This document shows, piece by piece, positions 36,205-50,110 of a DNA stretch of 64,000 nt; positions within the stretch are counted from its first letter, which is position 1, and each line of letters begins with the position of its first letter. The notes under the pieces are model-generated. The model was not told the DNA's origin. It saw nothing but the letters and a program-made list of their open reading frames with translations, and ran no database searches. Source of the stretch: Chiloscyllium plagiosum. Its lineage: Eukaryota. The DNA lies in NCBI RefSeq assembly GCF_004010195.1, contig NC_057749.1, positions 23,418,999 through 23,482,998 on the forward strand. The letters run 5' to 3'. The position numbers and the translations under genes were made by a program.

Positions 36205-36890
36205 CTAAAAACACAATAAACATGGAATCTCAAAACAGGAAATTCATTGCATCACCTGAAACAGTTTTCATTATACCATCTGGTGCTCTATTACATTATA
36301 TACAAAGGGATAAATAAAATTTAAAAACAGCACATAAGAAAGATCCAATTTCCCGTGATGACTGAAGATAGCAGAAATGCTCTGCCATTTGCCTTTTAAA
36401 TTGTGCAGAGCTCTTAAAACATCAAGTAGACTTTGATTCAGCCAAGGCACAGGAGGGAAGGAAAGAAAAGTTGTATTTGTTTTACTCCATTTCCACCATT
36501 AGGAATACTATAAGCTTGTTGCATGATGATAATTTTGCTTGGTTGTGAACTAATGGCATTCACCTTGTTTGAACTAATATCATGAGACCTAACAGAAAAC
36601 AGCTCACCAAAGATGACAATCTTGAAAGTAAACAACTTTCTAAATGCTTACCAATGCTGTTGTTGAAGTGGGGCAGTAAACAAATTTTATAAATGTTAAT
36701 TATGTGAACATTCAAAGAAGGGAGCAGCAAATCAAAATCATTAAGATTTTGTTCAGTTTTGGAAATGTCAGTAAATTGAGTGGAAGCAAAGAGAAAGCTT
36801 GAATTTCTGGTAAGATAAGCAACTTCACAGTCATGAGCTGGCAGGTCCATTGGAACCTGATCTTAATAAGACCATCCATTTGCATGTTAC

Positions 36891-37035
36891 CTCCAAGTTA
36901 CTGTCCAACTTGATCCAGTGTTCTCCAGCCTTTTCAGTCCGGTGTGTCTGGTAGCTCTGTTCCAAAAGATTGATGTGCTTTTGACTAAAGGGCCTCCATC
37001 GTTGCTTCCGTTTCATTTCCCAAACGACTCCAGAA
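36891..37035 (-). CDS. VPS13C: VPS13C exon (WWE-like) (S)SGVVWEMKRKQRWRPFSQKHINLLEQSYQTHRTEKAGEHWIKLDSNLE
   Basis: 145 nt, tag/gtaac, phase 2-0; overlaps track ORF 36831..37016. Confidence 0.95.
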
Positions 37036-37992
37036 CTAAAGTTCCAATGAAATACCAGTTAAAACAAGGAAAATGCAAATCTAGTATGCAAAGATTATTG
37101 AGAACAAGGATAATAAGGAGTCCTCCATCTCTTCATACATCAACCCTCTTTGTTAGCCACACTTAAATCCCGTCTCTCTCCAAAGACTACAGAGATATGC
37201 GTCAGCTGGAATGGCTGCCATTGTTAAGTTTTGCTACAATGGTTAAGCACAATGTTTTGGTAAACATACCTGCTGGACTTGAATTCTTGTTTAATTTCTA
37301 CCTTTTCCAAAACTGTATTTTGTCATTTGACCTTCCCATCACAGTGATTAATAAGACTTTTTTTGACGGTTCCTACTGTCAAGCTTCTGAAGCCAACCTT
37401 CTGAAGTTGAAATGAGAATGGCACAGGTGTATAGATTGATACTGTAGCACGTTCCTCCGATGTTCTTTACAGGCTGCACATTCCACATTTAGACCTTACA
37501 AATGTCTGGCTTCTATACTAAATTGTAACTTGGTTCATGATTCTTGACATGGATTCTGAAGAACCAAATATATAAACCAACTGTGACTCAACTATTCCAT
37601 AAAGTGTTAATAAGGCCTTGCCATCCTGAATCCACACTTTCCAAGCGATCACCTGTTAATCTCAAAACAATTTACAATTTGCCTTAAATTAGATGTTAAG
37701 CTTACTGCTCGATAGTTGACACACACATCCCAAACCTTTACCAATAAGTTAGCTTTAGATATATGCCGATTCCAAAGATTTAGAATTGTTAAATTCAAAG
37801 GTCTAACATCAAGATCATTCTTCTTTTTGAGCAAGTATTTTGAAAGAATCCAACCTTTTAAAATCTATTGCCATCTATAAGCTGCTTAGTTCCTTCTCCT
37901 TTGCACACAGACATTAGATATGGGCTCTTCCCTTCAATAAGAGTGATCTGAAGGAACTACTAAGCAATTAATTATTCCTTGACTGCAGTTTT

Positions 37993-38307
37993 AGATTACT
38001 TACATGATTAGATTACTTACAGTGTGGAAACAGGCCGTTCAGCCCAACAAGTCCATACCGACCCGCCGAAGCGCAACCCACCCATACCCCTACATTTACC
38101 CCTTCACCTAACACTACGGGCAATTTAGCATAGTCAATTCACCTGACCTGCACATCTTTGGACTGTGGGAGGAAACCGAAGCACCCAAGGAAACCCACAC
38201 AGAGAAGGGGAGAACGTGCAAACTCCACACAGACAGTTGCCCGAGGCGGGAATTGAGCCTGGGTCTCTGGCGCTGTGAGGCAGCAGAGCTAACCACTGTG
38301 CCACCCA
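37993..38307 (-). mobile_element. Young HE1-type V-SINE
   Basis: Highly similar reverse complement of 42536-42855; tail word tagattacttaca is duplicated. Confidence 0.92.
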
Positions 38308-39129
38308 GTTGTGCAACATTTTACATAGACCACAACTTTTATTTGGCATGTACATATTTCTTAGCAAACATAGTAGGTTTTTACTTGGTCTTATGTACTT
38401 CTAAAAAGAAATTGCTTTTTTACAACTTCACAACACCAATGTTTCCTGAATCATTGGAAATTTGGTTTACAGCATTTTCTGCATTTCAAATTTATAGCAT
38501 GTGTAGTATTTTGCTTTTATTTATGAACATCTCATCACCTTCAAAAGGTTTGTTCATTTGAACTTCCAAGTCTCTCCACTCCTACACGCTATTAAAATTG
38601 CACTATATACTTGATATTGTTTCTCTTTTTTCTGCCTTCATTCTAAAATATATTTCAGCATTTGAATGCTTTAAATTTAGTCTGCCGTGCTCCTATCCAT
38701 TTTACCAGTCTTTGATCTTCTGCATTCTACTACAATGCACCTCACAGTTTGTGTAGTCTTTGAAAATGTGCCCCCATATCCAAACCCAGAAAAGTTAACA
38801 TTTCTTAAAATTAGAGATTTGTCCCAATAACTGCTCAGAAGACACAGTGCACTCCAATTTGAGAATAATCTTATTCTATTCACATTACCACTACCCCTTC
38901 AATCCCACTGACTTCATTTCTTCTACCATTCATCTTAAAATCCTTTTAAAAGTCCATACAAATATATTAACGCACTAATATAACTGCCCCCTCCATACTT
39001 TCACTGAAGACTTGAGTGTGAAAAATGACTTACCTTTAAAAAAATTAGTGTATTATTAACTAACGTGTGGTTTTTTTCTGAATTAAAAAAATTCTTACAT
39101 ATCTGGTCTTCTGCTCACTAGTACGAATA

Positions 39130-39500
39130 GTGAGTGCAATGTCGACAGATTAAGGCATTTGCCTTAATTAATTGGTTCATAGGTCATCCCTGCACTTGCT
39201 ATTCAGCTGTTGACACTTTACTCACAGCGTCTGACACTTTTGATCACCTGCAGAGACTTATTATTCAATTTGTCGACACTTCACTCACTATTTGTACATA
39301 TCTGTTGACACACTTAATTACCTGGAATTATCTTGCCATTATATCTTCACCTATATACAGCATTCTGCATCTGCGTGCTTCCCTCTACTGCACTTGATGA
39401 AGGAGCAGCGCTCCGAAAGCTTGCGATTTCAAATAAACCTGTTGGATTATAACCTGGTGCCAGGTGACTTCTAACTTCGTCCAACACCAGCACCTCCACC
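39130..39500 (+). mobile_element. Longer family C Penelope-type 3' fragment with hammerhead-like core
   Basis: cacTTGATGAaggagcagcgctccGAAAGCTTgcg (39391-39425), then aaacctgttggattataacctggtg as at 3190-3215. Confidence 0.7.
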
Positions 39501-40589
39501 AGAAAAGCACAGGTCCATTTTAACACCACACAGGGGAGGACACAGGATGCAGTACATCAAACTCTGCATAATTTGCCTGGTAGAGAGGGGCCTGGAATTA
39601 CTCCTGATCTTGTCATATGTTTGATGCAATAGTTTCAGTATACGTACTTAAGCCTGTATTTGAACTGCTGTAATGAATACATTACTAGTTTTGTAAATCA
39701 GAAGTCTGTCAATGGGGGACTGATTGGAATGACACAAGAGTTTTGTTTTTGATTTAAACTTGTAAAAACTGCATCAAATTAGGGTGCATTCGTTTCTTTA
39801 AAAACGAGTATTTTCTTTTCCTCTCCACATTCGTTTGGAATCCCAAAGCAACATTCACCCTTGATTACAAAAGCAAGTGCCAGTGAACTATTTGCTGTAA
39901 TTCAGCCCCATTTAGTCCTCAAATCAATGCCAAATACACACTTTTACAAGGCTTTGTTCGCCAAACCTGAGCTGATAATTTTTTGCTAACATACTAGCTC
40001 TGAGGAAGAGTGCAGCTCCACAGCAAGTTAATGCCGTGGGAGGAGAACCACCAAGAAATAAAAACAAACGTGAAAGGTCTAAAATATCCATGTGAACAAT
40101 AAATTCACTCCTATTTTTTCAAAGTGAAATTCTGTCATGGTTCCCAAAACAGTAACACACAAGAAATGCATTACAAACAGAAGCACTACTCTTTTTTTTT
40201 AACAGAACATAATGGAAAAGATGGATAACGCTCATTGTCAGTTTTGAATCATACACTCATGATCTAAACATACAGTGCTGAATTTAATAGCCGTAGCAGC
40301 AGGTCAGTGTAGTTAGGTACTGGCAGCACTTCAGTCTCAGTAGTGCAGCTGGGATTGGTCACCATGGCCGGAGCTACAGGACACCAAGAGCAATAGCATC
40401 CATGGATGATACAGAGGACAGGGCAGTGGAGTAGGAAGAGCTCTTCTGCGAGGGTGCCCTGACACTGACTGCTCTCATGGGGTACAGGATACCTGATCCT
40501 CAGGACCTGTCTTCTTGTAGCCCTCTAATATGGTGCAGCCCAACAACCCTGCTCCAGCACCTGGTACAAGTCAATGGCCACCCAAATGG

Positions 40590-40970
40590 CTGGAACTTGT
40601 TCCCGAGAGTGTAGGAGTTGAGGGGTGACCCTATAGTGTTTATTAAATCATGAGGGGTATACATAAGGTGAATGGCAATTGTCTTTTCTCTCAGGTCAGG
40701 GATTTCAAGACTAGGGGGCATATTTTTAAGGTGAAAGGAGAAAGATTTTAAAAAGACATGAGCATAGATAGTGTGCAGAATGAACTTCCAGAGGAAGTGA
40801 TGGATACAGGTTTCGTTACAACATTTCAAAGACATTTGGATAAGTACATGACTAGAAAATGTTTGGAGAGATATGGGCCAAGCACAGGCAGATGGGACTA
40901 GTTTAGTGTGGAATTATGGTCGGCATGGACTGATTGGACCAAAGGGTCTGTTTCCATGCTGTATAACTCA
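40590..40970 (+). mobile_element. CR1 3' end
   Basis: ORF2 end and tail matching 34390-34800. Confidence 0.85.
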
Positions 40971-42535
40971 ATGTCTGAACTGGGCTAGGGCCATGAGGCC
41001 AATCTCTACTTTTCCCACCATGACTTTTATTTGGGGTATGCTAGGATGGCGCAGCCTTTCCACATTATTTCCATATTTTTTGGGGGTGGGCGGCCGACAG
41101 AGGTTGAAGAGAAGACAGAAAGAAGGGGAATGATTAAATTCTATCCAGTGTGTACAGCACAGCCTCTCCAATTGGTGCACTCCTCAGCTACTTGACACTA
41201 AAATGCAAGTCCTGATTGTGTTGCAAGGCAAACCTTTTACCTTTTCATCCATTGTGATAACTGTACAGAATTAAGTGCTCACACTGGAACAAGATCAGTT
41301 TAAGTGAAGCAAGTATTCATATCCATGAAAAGACCAGGAATATATTTTATATCTCTTGTGGAATCACAGGTAAATTGATGTTTGTCCACTCAGGCCATGA
41401 TGAGACTGGGATCCAAAGACTAACTTTCTATGTTTAAGATACTGAGTTTAAAGTATAGTGGAGAGGCGCTCTATATCATTACTGTCAATTTAATCCTGTA
41501 AAATGTTTTATCATATGTAGGGAAAAAACAAACTAAGGTGAGAATGGCTGTCAGAAAATTTAACGTGATAGTAACTAAAATGTTAACTTGAAGTCAAGAA
41601 CAGAAGTATGACATAAACATTAATTTTAAAATTTTAAAATAAACATTATCAAAAGTACACATTGCACATTCCAAAAGCAACATGCATACATCACATATAC
41701 TAGTGTAGATAATCTTCTAATTTCCTATGCAAAATCCATCACTTATGTCAACATGACAAAAGTTCTGTTGACCAAACTCTGACCTTGATTTGGCTGATTT
41801 TCTCTCTATGCTTTGCTTAAAATCAGAATATTCCCATCAGCTATTGCAATCATGTGTTTCATTCAGCTCTCTTAACATTGCATAATTTTGATTGCATTAC
41901 TCCCTCTTTACTTCAGCTGTTAAATTGCCTCATCATGTGTCCTGCTGAGTTGTGTCAAAACACACCAGCAGTACAGATATTAACCTTCGCCAACACGCAA
42001 CCCAGAGGACAGGTCTCCTCATCTACACAAGTGTTCATGATACGTTCAAAAGAGGAAAGCATGGCTCAACTTTAGACCATTTGTGTAATCTTATTTTTGG
42101 TATGGATGATCCTAGTTTTACTAAGAAAATATATATTGAGCGAGTTGCCTTCCCATTGTCAATTAGTCCCACTCTCTGCATGCACAGTCAAGGCTTAGAC
42201 AGACAAATGCGTATTGATCAAAAGTGTGCCTTAAAAAGATAGGAATTGCTACTTGTGTGTGTCTTTGACTCTTCCCCTCTCAAAGGAAGGTTGTGCATGC
42301 AAAGTAAACTATAGTGTCTCTTGCACAGTCACCAGTGGAGAAAAGCAAGGCAGAAATGCAGCATTTCTAATTGTCACAGATATGATGTGAACTCATTCTT
42401 ACATGCAAGGATCAATGCTAACCTGCTTGTGAACCAGTGCTGCTGAGCTACTGCATTTCAAAGATTGTGCTTTCATACAAACTGCACAAATTCTTCCCAA
42501 AAAAATGCATCATCAAGACATTTTGTCTACATTAC

Positions 42536-42855
42536 GGGCGGCATGGTGGCACAGTGGTTAGCACTGCTGCCTCACAGCGCCAGAGATCCGGGTTCAATTC
42601 CAGCCTCAGGCGACTGACTGTGTGGAGTTTGCACGTTCTCCCCGTGTCTGCGTGGGTTTCCTCCGGGTGCTCCGGTTTCCTCCCACAGTCCAAAGACGTG
42701 CAGGTTAGGTGAATTGGCCATGCTAAATTGCCCGTAGTGTTAGGTAAAGGGGTAAATGTGGGGATATGGGTCGGTTGCGCTTCGGCGGGGGCGGTGTGGA
42801 CTTGTTGGGCCGAAGGGCCTGTTTCCACACTGTAAGTAATCTAATCTAATCTAAT
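42536..42855 (+). mobile_element. Full-length young HE1-type V-SINE
   Basis: A box tggcacagtgg, B box ggttcaattcc, V domain, (ctaat)n tail; TSD cattac at 42530-42535 and 42856-42861. Confidence 0.93.
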
Positions 42856-43844
42856 CATTACCATACAAGACAACGCAAGATAAGAGAAAAACAATAGGCA
42901 TTACAATAGGTGATGTTCTCTGTCAGTTTGATAAGTGACCTGAATTCAAAGCTTAGATAACACACGCTTTTACGTATTTTCTTCAGACTTCATAAGACCA
43001 TACATCACAAGCAAAGATGAATTAGGATTAAAGGTAGGCCATTTGGCCCACTGAACCTGCCTGGTTTTCACAGCTCATCTATGTGTGTTTTGAATTGCTC
43101 ATTTCAATCCACCTCCAAAAATCTTTGATTCCTTGACCGAATGAGAATCTGCTACCTTCACCTTCCAATATTGCAAGTATACCTCCACTGTGTTCTACGG
43201 TGGAGAAAGGGAGAGATGATGGTGCAGTGGTAAAGTCATTGAACAGCTACTCCAAGAGGGTCAGGCTAACACTCTGGGCATATGCATATGCACGGCAGCT
43301 GGTGGAATTTAAATTCATTTCATCCTTCTGGAACTGAAGGCTAGTCTGGGAGTGATGGTGTCCGTGAAATTATCATTGGTTGTCACACGACATGAGAAAA
43401 CATTCACTGAGTCTCAAAGCTGAGAAGACAGGACATTTTACACTGTAGTTAAATTGTTTTGGTAGACATGACTTAAGCTGCACTTGAAACTAAGCCTCAC
43501 TGTAACCTTTGAAAGTGCTGGCTTCTTTCCCTGCGTAAAGTAATAGGAGAAGCTGCTCTCCTTGTTTGTGACAGGCTGAACACTTACCAACGGCAAAGCA
43601 TTGATCAACTTGCTGGAATAAGTGTGCTAATTACTAATAAATCAAATCAGGAATTCAGGAGCAACTTCATTAGCCAATGTGTGTAGTGAGAATGTGGAGC
43701 TCAATACCATAAGGAGTAGCTGAAGTTAATCACTTTTTTAAAAATTTAATTTGTAGGATGTGGGTGTCGCTGGCTGGCTAGTATTTATTGCCCGTCCCTG
43801 ATGTTTTTAAACGCACTTAAGGCAAAACTTCCGAAACATTTTCC

Positions 43845-44140
43845 CCCTCTAGTTCAAAACTAGAGGGCATAGGTTTAAGGTGCAAGGGGAAAGATTTTAA
43901 AGGGACCTAAGGGGCAACTTATTCATGTCGAGGGTGGTGTATGTATGGAATGAGTTGCCAGAGGAAGTGGTGGAGGTTGGTACCATTGTGACATTTAAAA
44001 GGCACCTGGATGGGTATACGAATAGGAAGGGTTGGAGTGATATGGGCCAAATGCTGGCCAACGGGACTAGGTCAGATTGGGATGTCTGATCGGCATGAAC
44101 GAGTTGGACCGAAGGGTCTGCTTCCAGGCTGTATAACTGA
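43845..44140 (+). mobile_element. CR1 3' end
   Basis: actagagggcataggtttaaggtg...ggaccgaagggtctg. Confidence 0.85.
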
Positions 44141-44659
44141 CTATCTCAAAGAGGGCACCTCTGACAGCGTTTCATTTTCTCAACAGTACCAGTTGATTAT
44201 TAGCAAGATTTATAGTTAGTCTTTCATCTAGAAAAAAAGTAGAGGCAAAATGTAACAGTAAACAAATTGTTTCAGCAATTCAGCAGTCAGAGGCAAAGAA
44301 ATTAGAAAACTTCAAGATGTAAAATTAAATTGAAACCAAGATGCGAACAAGATGGCAAATATTCCAAATGACTTATGCTAACTCAAGAACAATATGTCCT
44401 TTCTAATGACTCAGATGCAAAATTAACAACTTGATATTAAAATTCAATATCAGACATCTTGAAATGGCTAATTATTTTTAAAAATTTCCACAAGGTACTC
44501 ATTCCAATTCTTACAGATAAAAAAATAGTTTTAGGTACAACCAATAAAGTGGGAGTTATTGGACAAAGAGGAAGGTAGAATGGAATCAGGTTGATCTAGT
44601 GCCAAATATGGATTCAAAAGATATATCTTTAGGGTTGAAAGGATGACCTGGATTCTGCA

Positions 44660-44955
44660 CTTCGGCACAGTGATTCAGTGGTTAGCACTGCTGTCTCTCA
44701 GCACCAGGATCCCAGGTTCGATTCCAGTCTCAGGCAACAGTCCGTGTGGAGTTTGCACATTCTCCCAGTGCCTGCATGGGTTTCCTCCCATAGTCCAAAG
44801 ATGTGCAGGTCTGGTTAATTGGCTATGCTAAATTGCCCGTAGTGTTAGGTGCATTAGTCAGAGGGAGATGGATTTGGGTGGGTTGCTCTTCAGAGGGTCG
44901 GTGTGGACTTGTTGGGCCAAAGGGCCTGTTTCCACACTGTGGGGAATCTAATATA
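44660..44955 (+). mobile_element. HE1-type V-SINE
   Basis: A and B boxes, V domain, tail gggcctgtttccacactgt. Confidence 0.88.
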
Positions 44956-46858
44956 ATCATGAAGGGATCATGAACAAAACAAGGCTGCATTGTGAATATC
45001 AAATAATACCAAACCCACATCAATAAGCACAGGGCAGATGAGTTTCAGATGACATATTCACAAAGCATATAAGCAGGCAGATTGCCTGCATTGGCATTGT
45101 GAAGTCTAAAGATGACAAAGGGAGTCATGAGGACAGCTGAGGTCAAAGCTGAATCAGATGGATGTGAGAGTACGCAGTCTTTGTGATGCTAACAAGAAAA
45201 CTCATTTCATGTCAAATATGACAGCAAGGCTGCAAAAAAGCTGGTTCTGCCTCAGACTCTTCCAAGGGAGAGGAGTGGAGTCAGCGGCAATAGAAGAGAG
45301 TTTGGAGCAGAGACAATGGATGTGGGCTTCTCATTATTAATGCAGAAATTTTTTGTGCACCCAATACTGGCTATTGGATAGAGTGGGATGATTTGTCAAC
45401 ACTGTAGGTGTCAAGAGAAATGGTACTGAGGTAGAGCTAGAAGTTGTCAGCAGACAATGAAACAAACAACTGATGTAGTTGAGGTGAAACAGGTAGATGA
45501 GAAGTGGTCAGGGATCAGAGGGAAATAGATTTGCATTTAATGAACAATGTTAACAGACAAAAATGAAACAAAATCCTGAGGAACTCAGTGCCTAAAACAG
45601 TCAATTCACGCACAGCAACAACCAAAGCTAATAAAAATGCTGAGCCATGCACCCAGTGCTGTCGGTGACACGTTAGAGGAACTTACGACAACACTATATT
45701 CTGAAAAGACCACTTTAGCTATGTGTCCAATTCTGGACAAAAATGCACAAGCAGCCATTTGGCAGTAGTGCAGGCTAAAGCCACATGGCCATTCACCAGT
45801 GTTGAATGGTTGAGCCATAACTGATCATTGAAGTAACATGTGAACAGAAAACCAGAAGTTGGATACGAAGTAAAAAAGGCACCAAAGTAGCAGCTTCGGG
45901 GTTTTACAGCATCTGAGATGGTGTGGAAAAGGTAAATCCAGAAAACTATTTCCAAGCAAAATGCAAAAGCAGGACAATGGGATCAAGAGTTAAGCTATCA
46001 ACAAGGAAAAAATTAGGAATGACAGCCAGATATTTTTAAAACACCAATATTGATTTGTTTCAACTATCATAATGCAGTAAAAATAATGTGGATTGATGCT
46101 GCAACCAGTCTTGATGGTTGGATGAATTAATACATACTGAATGGCCTTTCATCTATCAATTCTGTTGCATTCAGTGAACAGTCTTTACAAGTGGAAGTAT
46201 TACCAATTGAGCCAGACTAAATTGCAAAACTGCTGAATCAAGAAGATTACGGGCTTGAAGTAATTACACTGAGTTCAGGAGTATTTAGTTCACAGAACTA
46301 TCACAATGCAGGAGGCAATTCAGCCCATTATTCCCTAATGCAATCTCCTGCCTTTTCCTCCTGATCCCAGCACACAGTTTCTATCCAAATAATTATCCAA
46401 TGCCCTCTTCAATGTCTCAATTAAACCTGTATCCACCATATTCCCAAGCAGTGTGCATTCCGTGCCCCACCTATTTGCTGTGTGAAAAAGGTTTCTCTCA
46501 TGTCATCCTTCCATGTCTTCTCATTATTTTTCCTTTTATGAGTGGTTACTTCCATCACATTTAAGAGGTGAATTCTTTAAGTTGTATTTCTCTTCACATA
46601 TATTATAAATTTTAATGATGGACTTCCTGCTTCAATATTATTCAGTATTATTATAAAGTGTCTCTCATTAAACTCCTTAATGTGTTATTTGTTAGCTTTT
46701 TATCCTGAGCAAGCAACACCTCCTGCAGTTTTACTTACATTGCTTAATTCAAAAAAATGAACAAAAACAATTCAGAATATTTCCTGACCAGGTTACTCAC
46801 CTTTTTTGTCATAATTTCTTTAAAACACTTAAACAGCAAAAGTAAATAGGAAACTTAC

Positions 46859-47094
46859 CTGGTAATTCCTATGTATGCAATTTCCTGTTTGCTTTCATTG
46901 TTAACAAGCGACAGTCCAAGGCTGTGAAGTGAAATTGTAACTCCCATGTCAAACTGCATCAGATCCTCAGCTTGCCGTGCTTTAGAAATAACTGCAACAT
47001 CTTCAGTGAATACCAACACACGCTGTCGGCCATCAAGGAAAGATACCCAGTGAATCTGATTGTTGTTTTGCCAAAGAAACTGCCCAAACTGATC
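46859..47094 (-). CDS. VPS13C: VPS13C exon DQFGQFLWQNNNQIHWVSFLDGRQRVLVFTEDV...SLVNNESKQEIAYIGIT
   Basis: 236 nt, cag/gtaag, phase 0-2; conserved WVSFLDGRQRVL motif. Confidence 0.96.
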
Positions 47095-47424
47095 CTGGAA
47101 AACACAAGTTATTTTATCAATGAGATAAACGGGATGGGGGTTTGGTTAGAAAGTTCTTCAAGTTGCTTGTTATGTGGTAGCCTACATGGAAACAAGATAA
47201 TCAAAATGAACTAACTTTCCTCTACTCTGCATTAGGATAACAAAGACGAGAACAGAAAAAAAGATAGAAACTTGTAGAATTCAGCCTGTGCTGTTACATC
47301 CATGACCTTTTTTGGATTTTCGAGCCAGTGCAATGATAAATCAAGTGTCTGGTTCATTCTACATTCCCGAGTACATGGCTTTCCCAAGAGATATCACTTT
47401 AGGGCAAAGTTTTATGGAGAAGGT

Positions 47425-47510
47425 GAGAGAGTCAGAGTCAAAAAGTGCAGTGCTGGAAAAGCACAGCAGGTCAGGCAGCATCCGAGGAGCAGGAGAATCG
47501 ACGTTTTGGG
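47425..47510 (-). mobile_element. Family A Penelope-type repeat, truncated within the hammerhead
   Basis: gctggaaaagcacagcaggtcaggcagcatccgaggagcaggagaatcgacgtttt. Confidence 0.8.
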
Positions 47511-47959
47511 TAGTACATGCAACATCACCTGAAGCTGGAAATGTTTTTATAACTGCAAATAAATGCTCACTCGCCAATCTCTAGATTCCCTGAAATGAAC
47601 CACTCAACTAATTGTTTCATAAATTTGCTAAGCAACCTCAGAAACCACCCCTAAGTCAATCACACTTGTGTGGGATGAGAGTCACAATGGCTGGATTGGG
47701 TAAGGGAAACTAGGTTTGCATGCTCAAGTGCAAGTGATGGGCTTTATGACCAAAAAGACACATTCATAAACATTTTTGCGATTACAGTTTTTTAACTCCA
47801 GATTTTATTTCAGATGAGATGAGAACTAAACCTCTGGAGTGTTAGTCCACTCCACACCATTGGTTAGGTATGAAGAAATCAGAGTAGGAGGCAGCTAAAC
47901 AACTCATCACTATTTAATGAGATTCTAACTGAACGTGCACATCACCTCCACCTTGCTAC

Positions 47960-50110
47960 ATACAACAGTACAACATAGGAATAGGCCATTCGGCCCACCA
48001 TATCTGTACCAACGACGGTACTAGTTTAAACAAATCCAATCTGACTGCACATGGTCCATATCTTTCTCTTCTCTGCTTGTTCATGTATGTGTCTAAATGC
48101 CTCTTAAACATGGCTTTTGCATATGCTTTTACCATTTTCCCTGGCAGTGCATTCCAGGCACCTGCTACTTTTGCGTTGAAAAAAAAACCTTCCTCAAAAA
48201 TGTCCTTTAAACTTTCCCCCTCACACATTAAACCTATGGTCCTTAGTATATGATATTCCTCACACTGGGAAACACTGAATATCCACCTTATACTCCTCAT
48301 AATTGTATATATTTCTATCAGGTCAGCCCTCAGCCTCTGACACTTGGACGTAAACAATCCAAGTTTGTCCAACCTCCCCATAAAGCTAGCACACTCCAAT
48401 GCAGACATCAGCCTCAAAGCTCTTCTGCACCCTCTCCAAAGCCTCTACATCTTTGTTATTGTGGTAAAAACCTGATGAAGGGCTTTTACCCGAAACGTCG
48501 ATTTTGCTGCTCGTCAGATGCTGCCTGAATTGCTGTGCTCTTCCAGCAACACTGATCCAGAATCTTTGTTATTGTGACTAACTAGAACTGTGCACAGTAC
48601 TCCAAACATGGCCGGATACAAGTCTTAAACACTTGCCAACTTTTCTACTCAATGCCCTGTCTGATGAAGGCACGTACCTTATCCACTTGTGTTGCCACTT
48701 TCAGGAAGCTAAGAAGTTGCACTTCAAGATCCCTCTGTATATCAATGTCCATAAGGATCTGACCATTTACTGAATACTTTCCTCTAGCACGTGACCTCCC
48801 AAAACGCATCACCTCACAATGACCCAGACCAAACTCCATCTGCCATTTCTCTGCTCAACTTTCCAGCTGATGTATATCCTGCTGGATCTTTTGATAACCT
48901 TCCTCACTATCAATAACTCCAATTTTTATAATATGCAACTCAATAATCAGACCACCAATATTTTCATCCAAATCATTTACATATATTTTCAACAAAATTC
49001 CCAGCACTGATCCTTGTGGAATACCAATGGTCACAGATTTCCAGTCAGAAAAACACCCTTCCACAACTACCCTTTGTCTTTGGCCAAGCCAATTTTGTAT
49101 CCAATTTGACAACTCACCATGGATTCCATGCAATTTGATCTTCTGGATCAGCCCACCATGGGGGATCTTGGCAAATGCTTTAGTAAAGTCCACGCAGACA
49201 ACATCCACTGCCTTAACCGGAGACTCATTTTTGTCACTGCCTCAAAAAATTCTATTAAACTAATATGCACAAAATGCCTTGGGATTCTCTTTAATCCTAC
49301 TTGCCAAGAACATTTCATGACTTCTCTAGCCATCCTGATTTTTTAAAAATTATTTTCTGCTTCCTTTATACTCAAGGGTCTTGTTTGATTCCTGCTTCCT
49401 TTCTCTTTTTAAATAAACCGACAACATCTCTCATTATCTAAGGTGCCTGAATCTTGTCATCTTTATCTTTCACCCTCACAGGAATAGGAGGTCCTATTTA
49501 ACTGGCTTTTAAAAGACTTGCACACATCAAAAGTAAATTTATTTCCAAATAACTGCCCTCAGTCTAATTTTCCCAGTTTCTGGGATGACATGGTGGCTCA
49601 GTGGTTAGCACTGCTGCCTCACAGTGACCTGGGTTCGATTCCCATCTCAGGCGACTACGATTGCGTGGGTTTTCTCCGGGTGCCCCAGTTCCCTCCCACG
49701 ATCCAAAGATGTGCAGGTCAGGTGAATTGGCCATGCTAAATTGCCCATAGTGTTAGGTGCATAAGTCAGGGTAAGTATAGGGTAGGGGAATGGGTCTGGG
49801 TGGGTTACACTTCAGAGGATCAGTGTGGATTGTTGAGCTGGAGGGTCTTATTGCAGGGAATCTAATCAGTTCCTGTCTAATTGTTTTCATTAGCCTTCCC
49901 CCAAGTTTAGCACTTTCACACAAAGACCAGCAATATCCTTTTCCCTAACTACCTTAAAAGTTGCGAAATTATGATCTCTATTACTGAAATGCTCCCCTAC
50001 TCTAACTTCAAAGACCTGGCCAGGCTCATTCCCCAATTTAGTCCCCTTCCTTAGTTGGATTTTCTACATATTGTTTCAAGAATCCCTTCTGGGTGCACCT
50101 AACAAATTCT
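47960..50110 (-). mobile_element. Long decayed CR1 ORF2 fragment, interrupted by family A insert (about 48468-48561) and HE1 SINE (about 49580-49870, +)
   Basis: Track ORF 48855..49208 DFTKAFAKIPH..GIPQGSVLG..YVNDL is RT; 15-bp TSD atctttgttattgtg at 48449-48463 and 48562-48576. Confidence 0.9.

Noticed and set aside
42536..42610. tRNA gene
   Set aside because: A and B boxes belong to a SINE head that continues into the V domain and LINE tail
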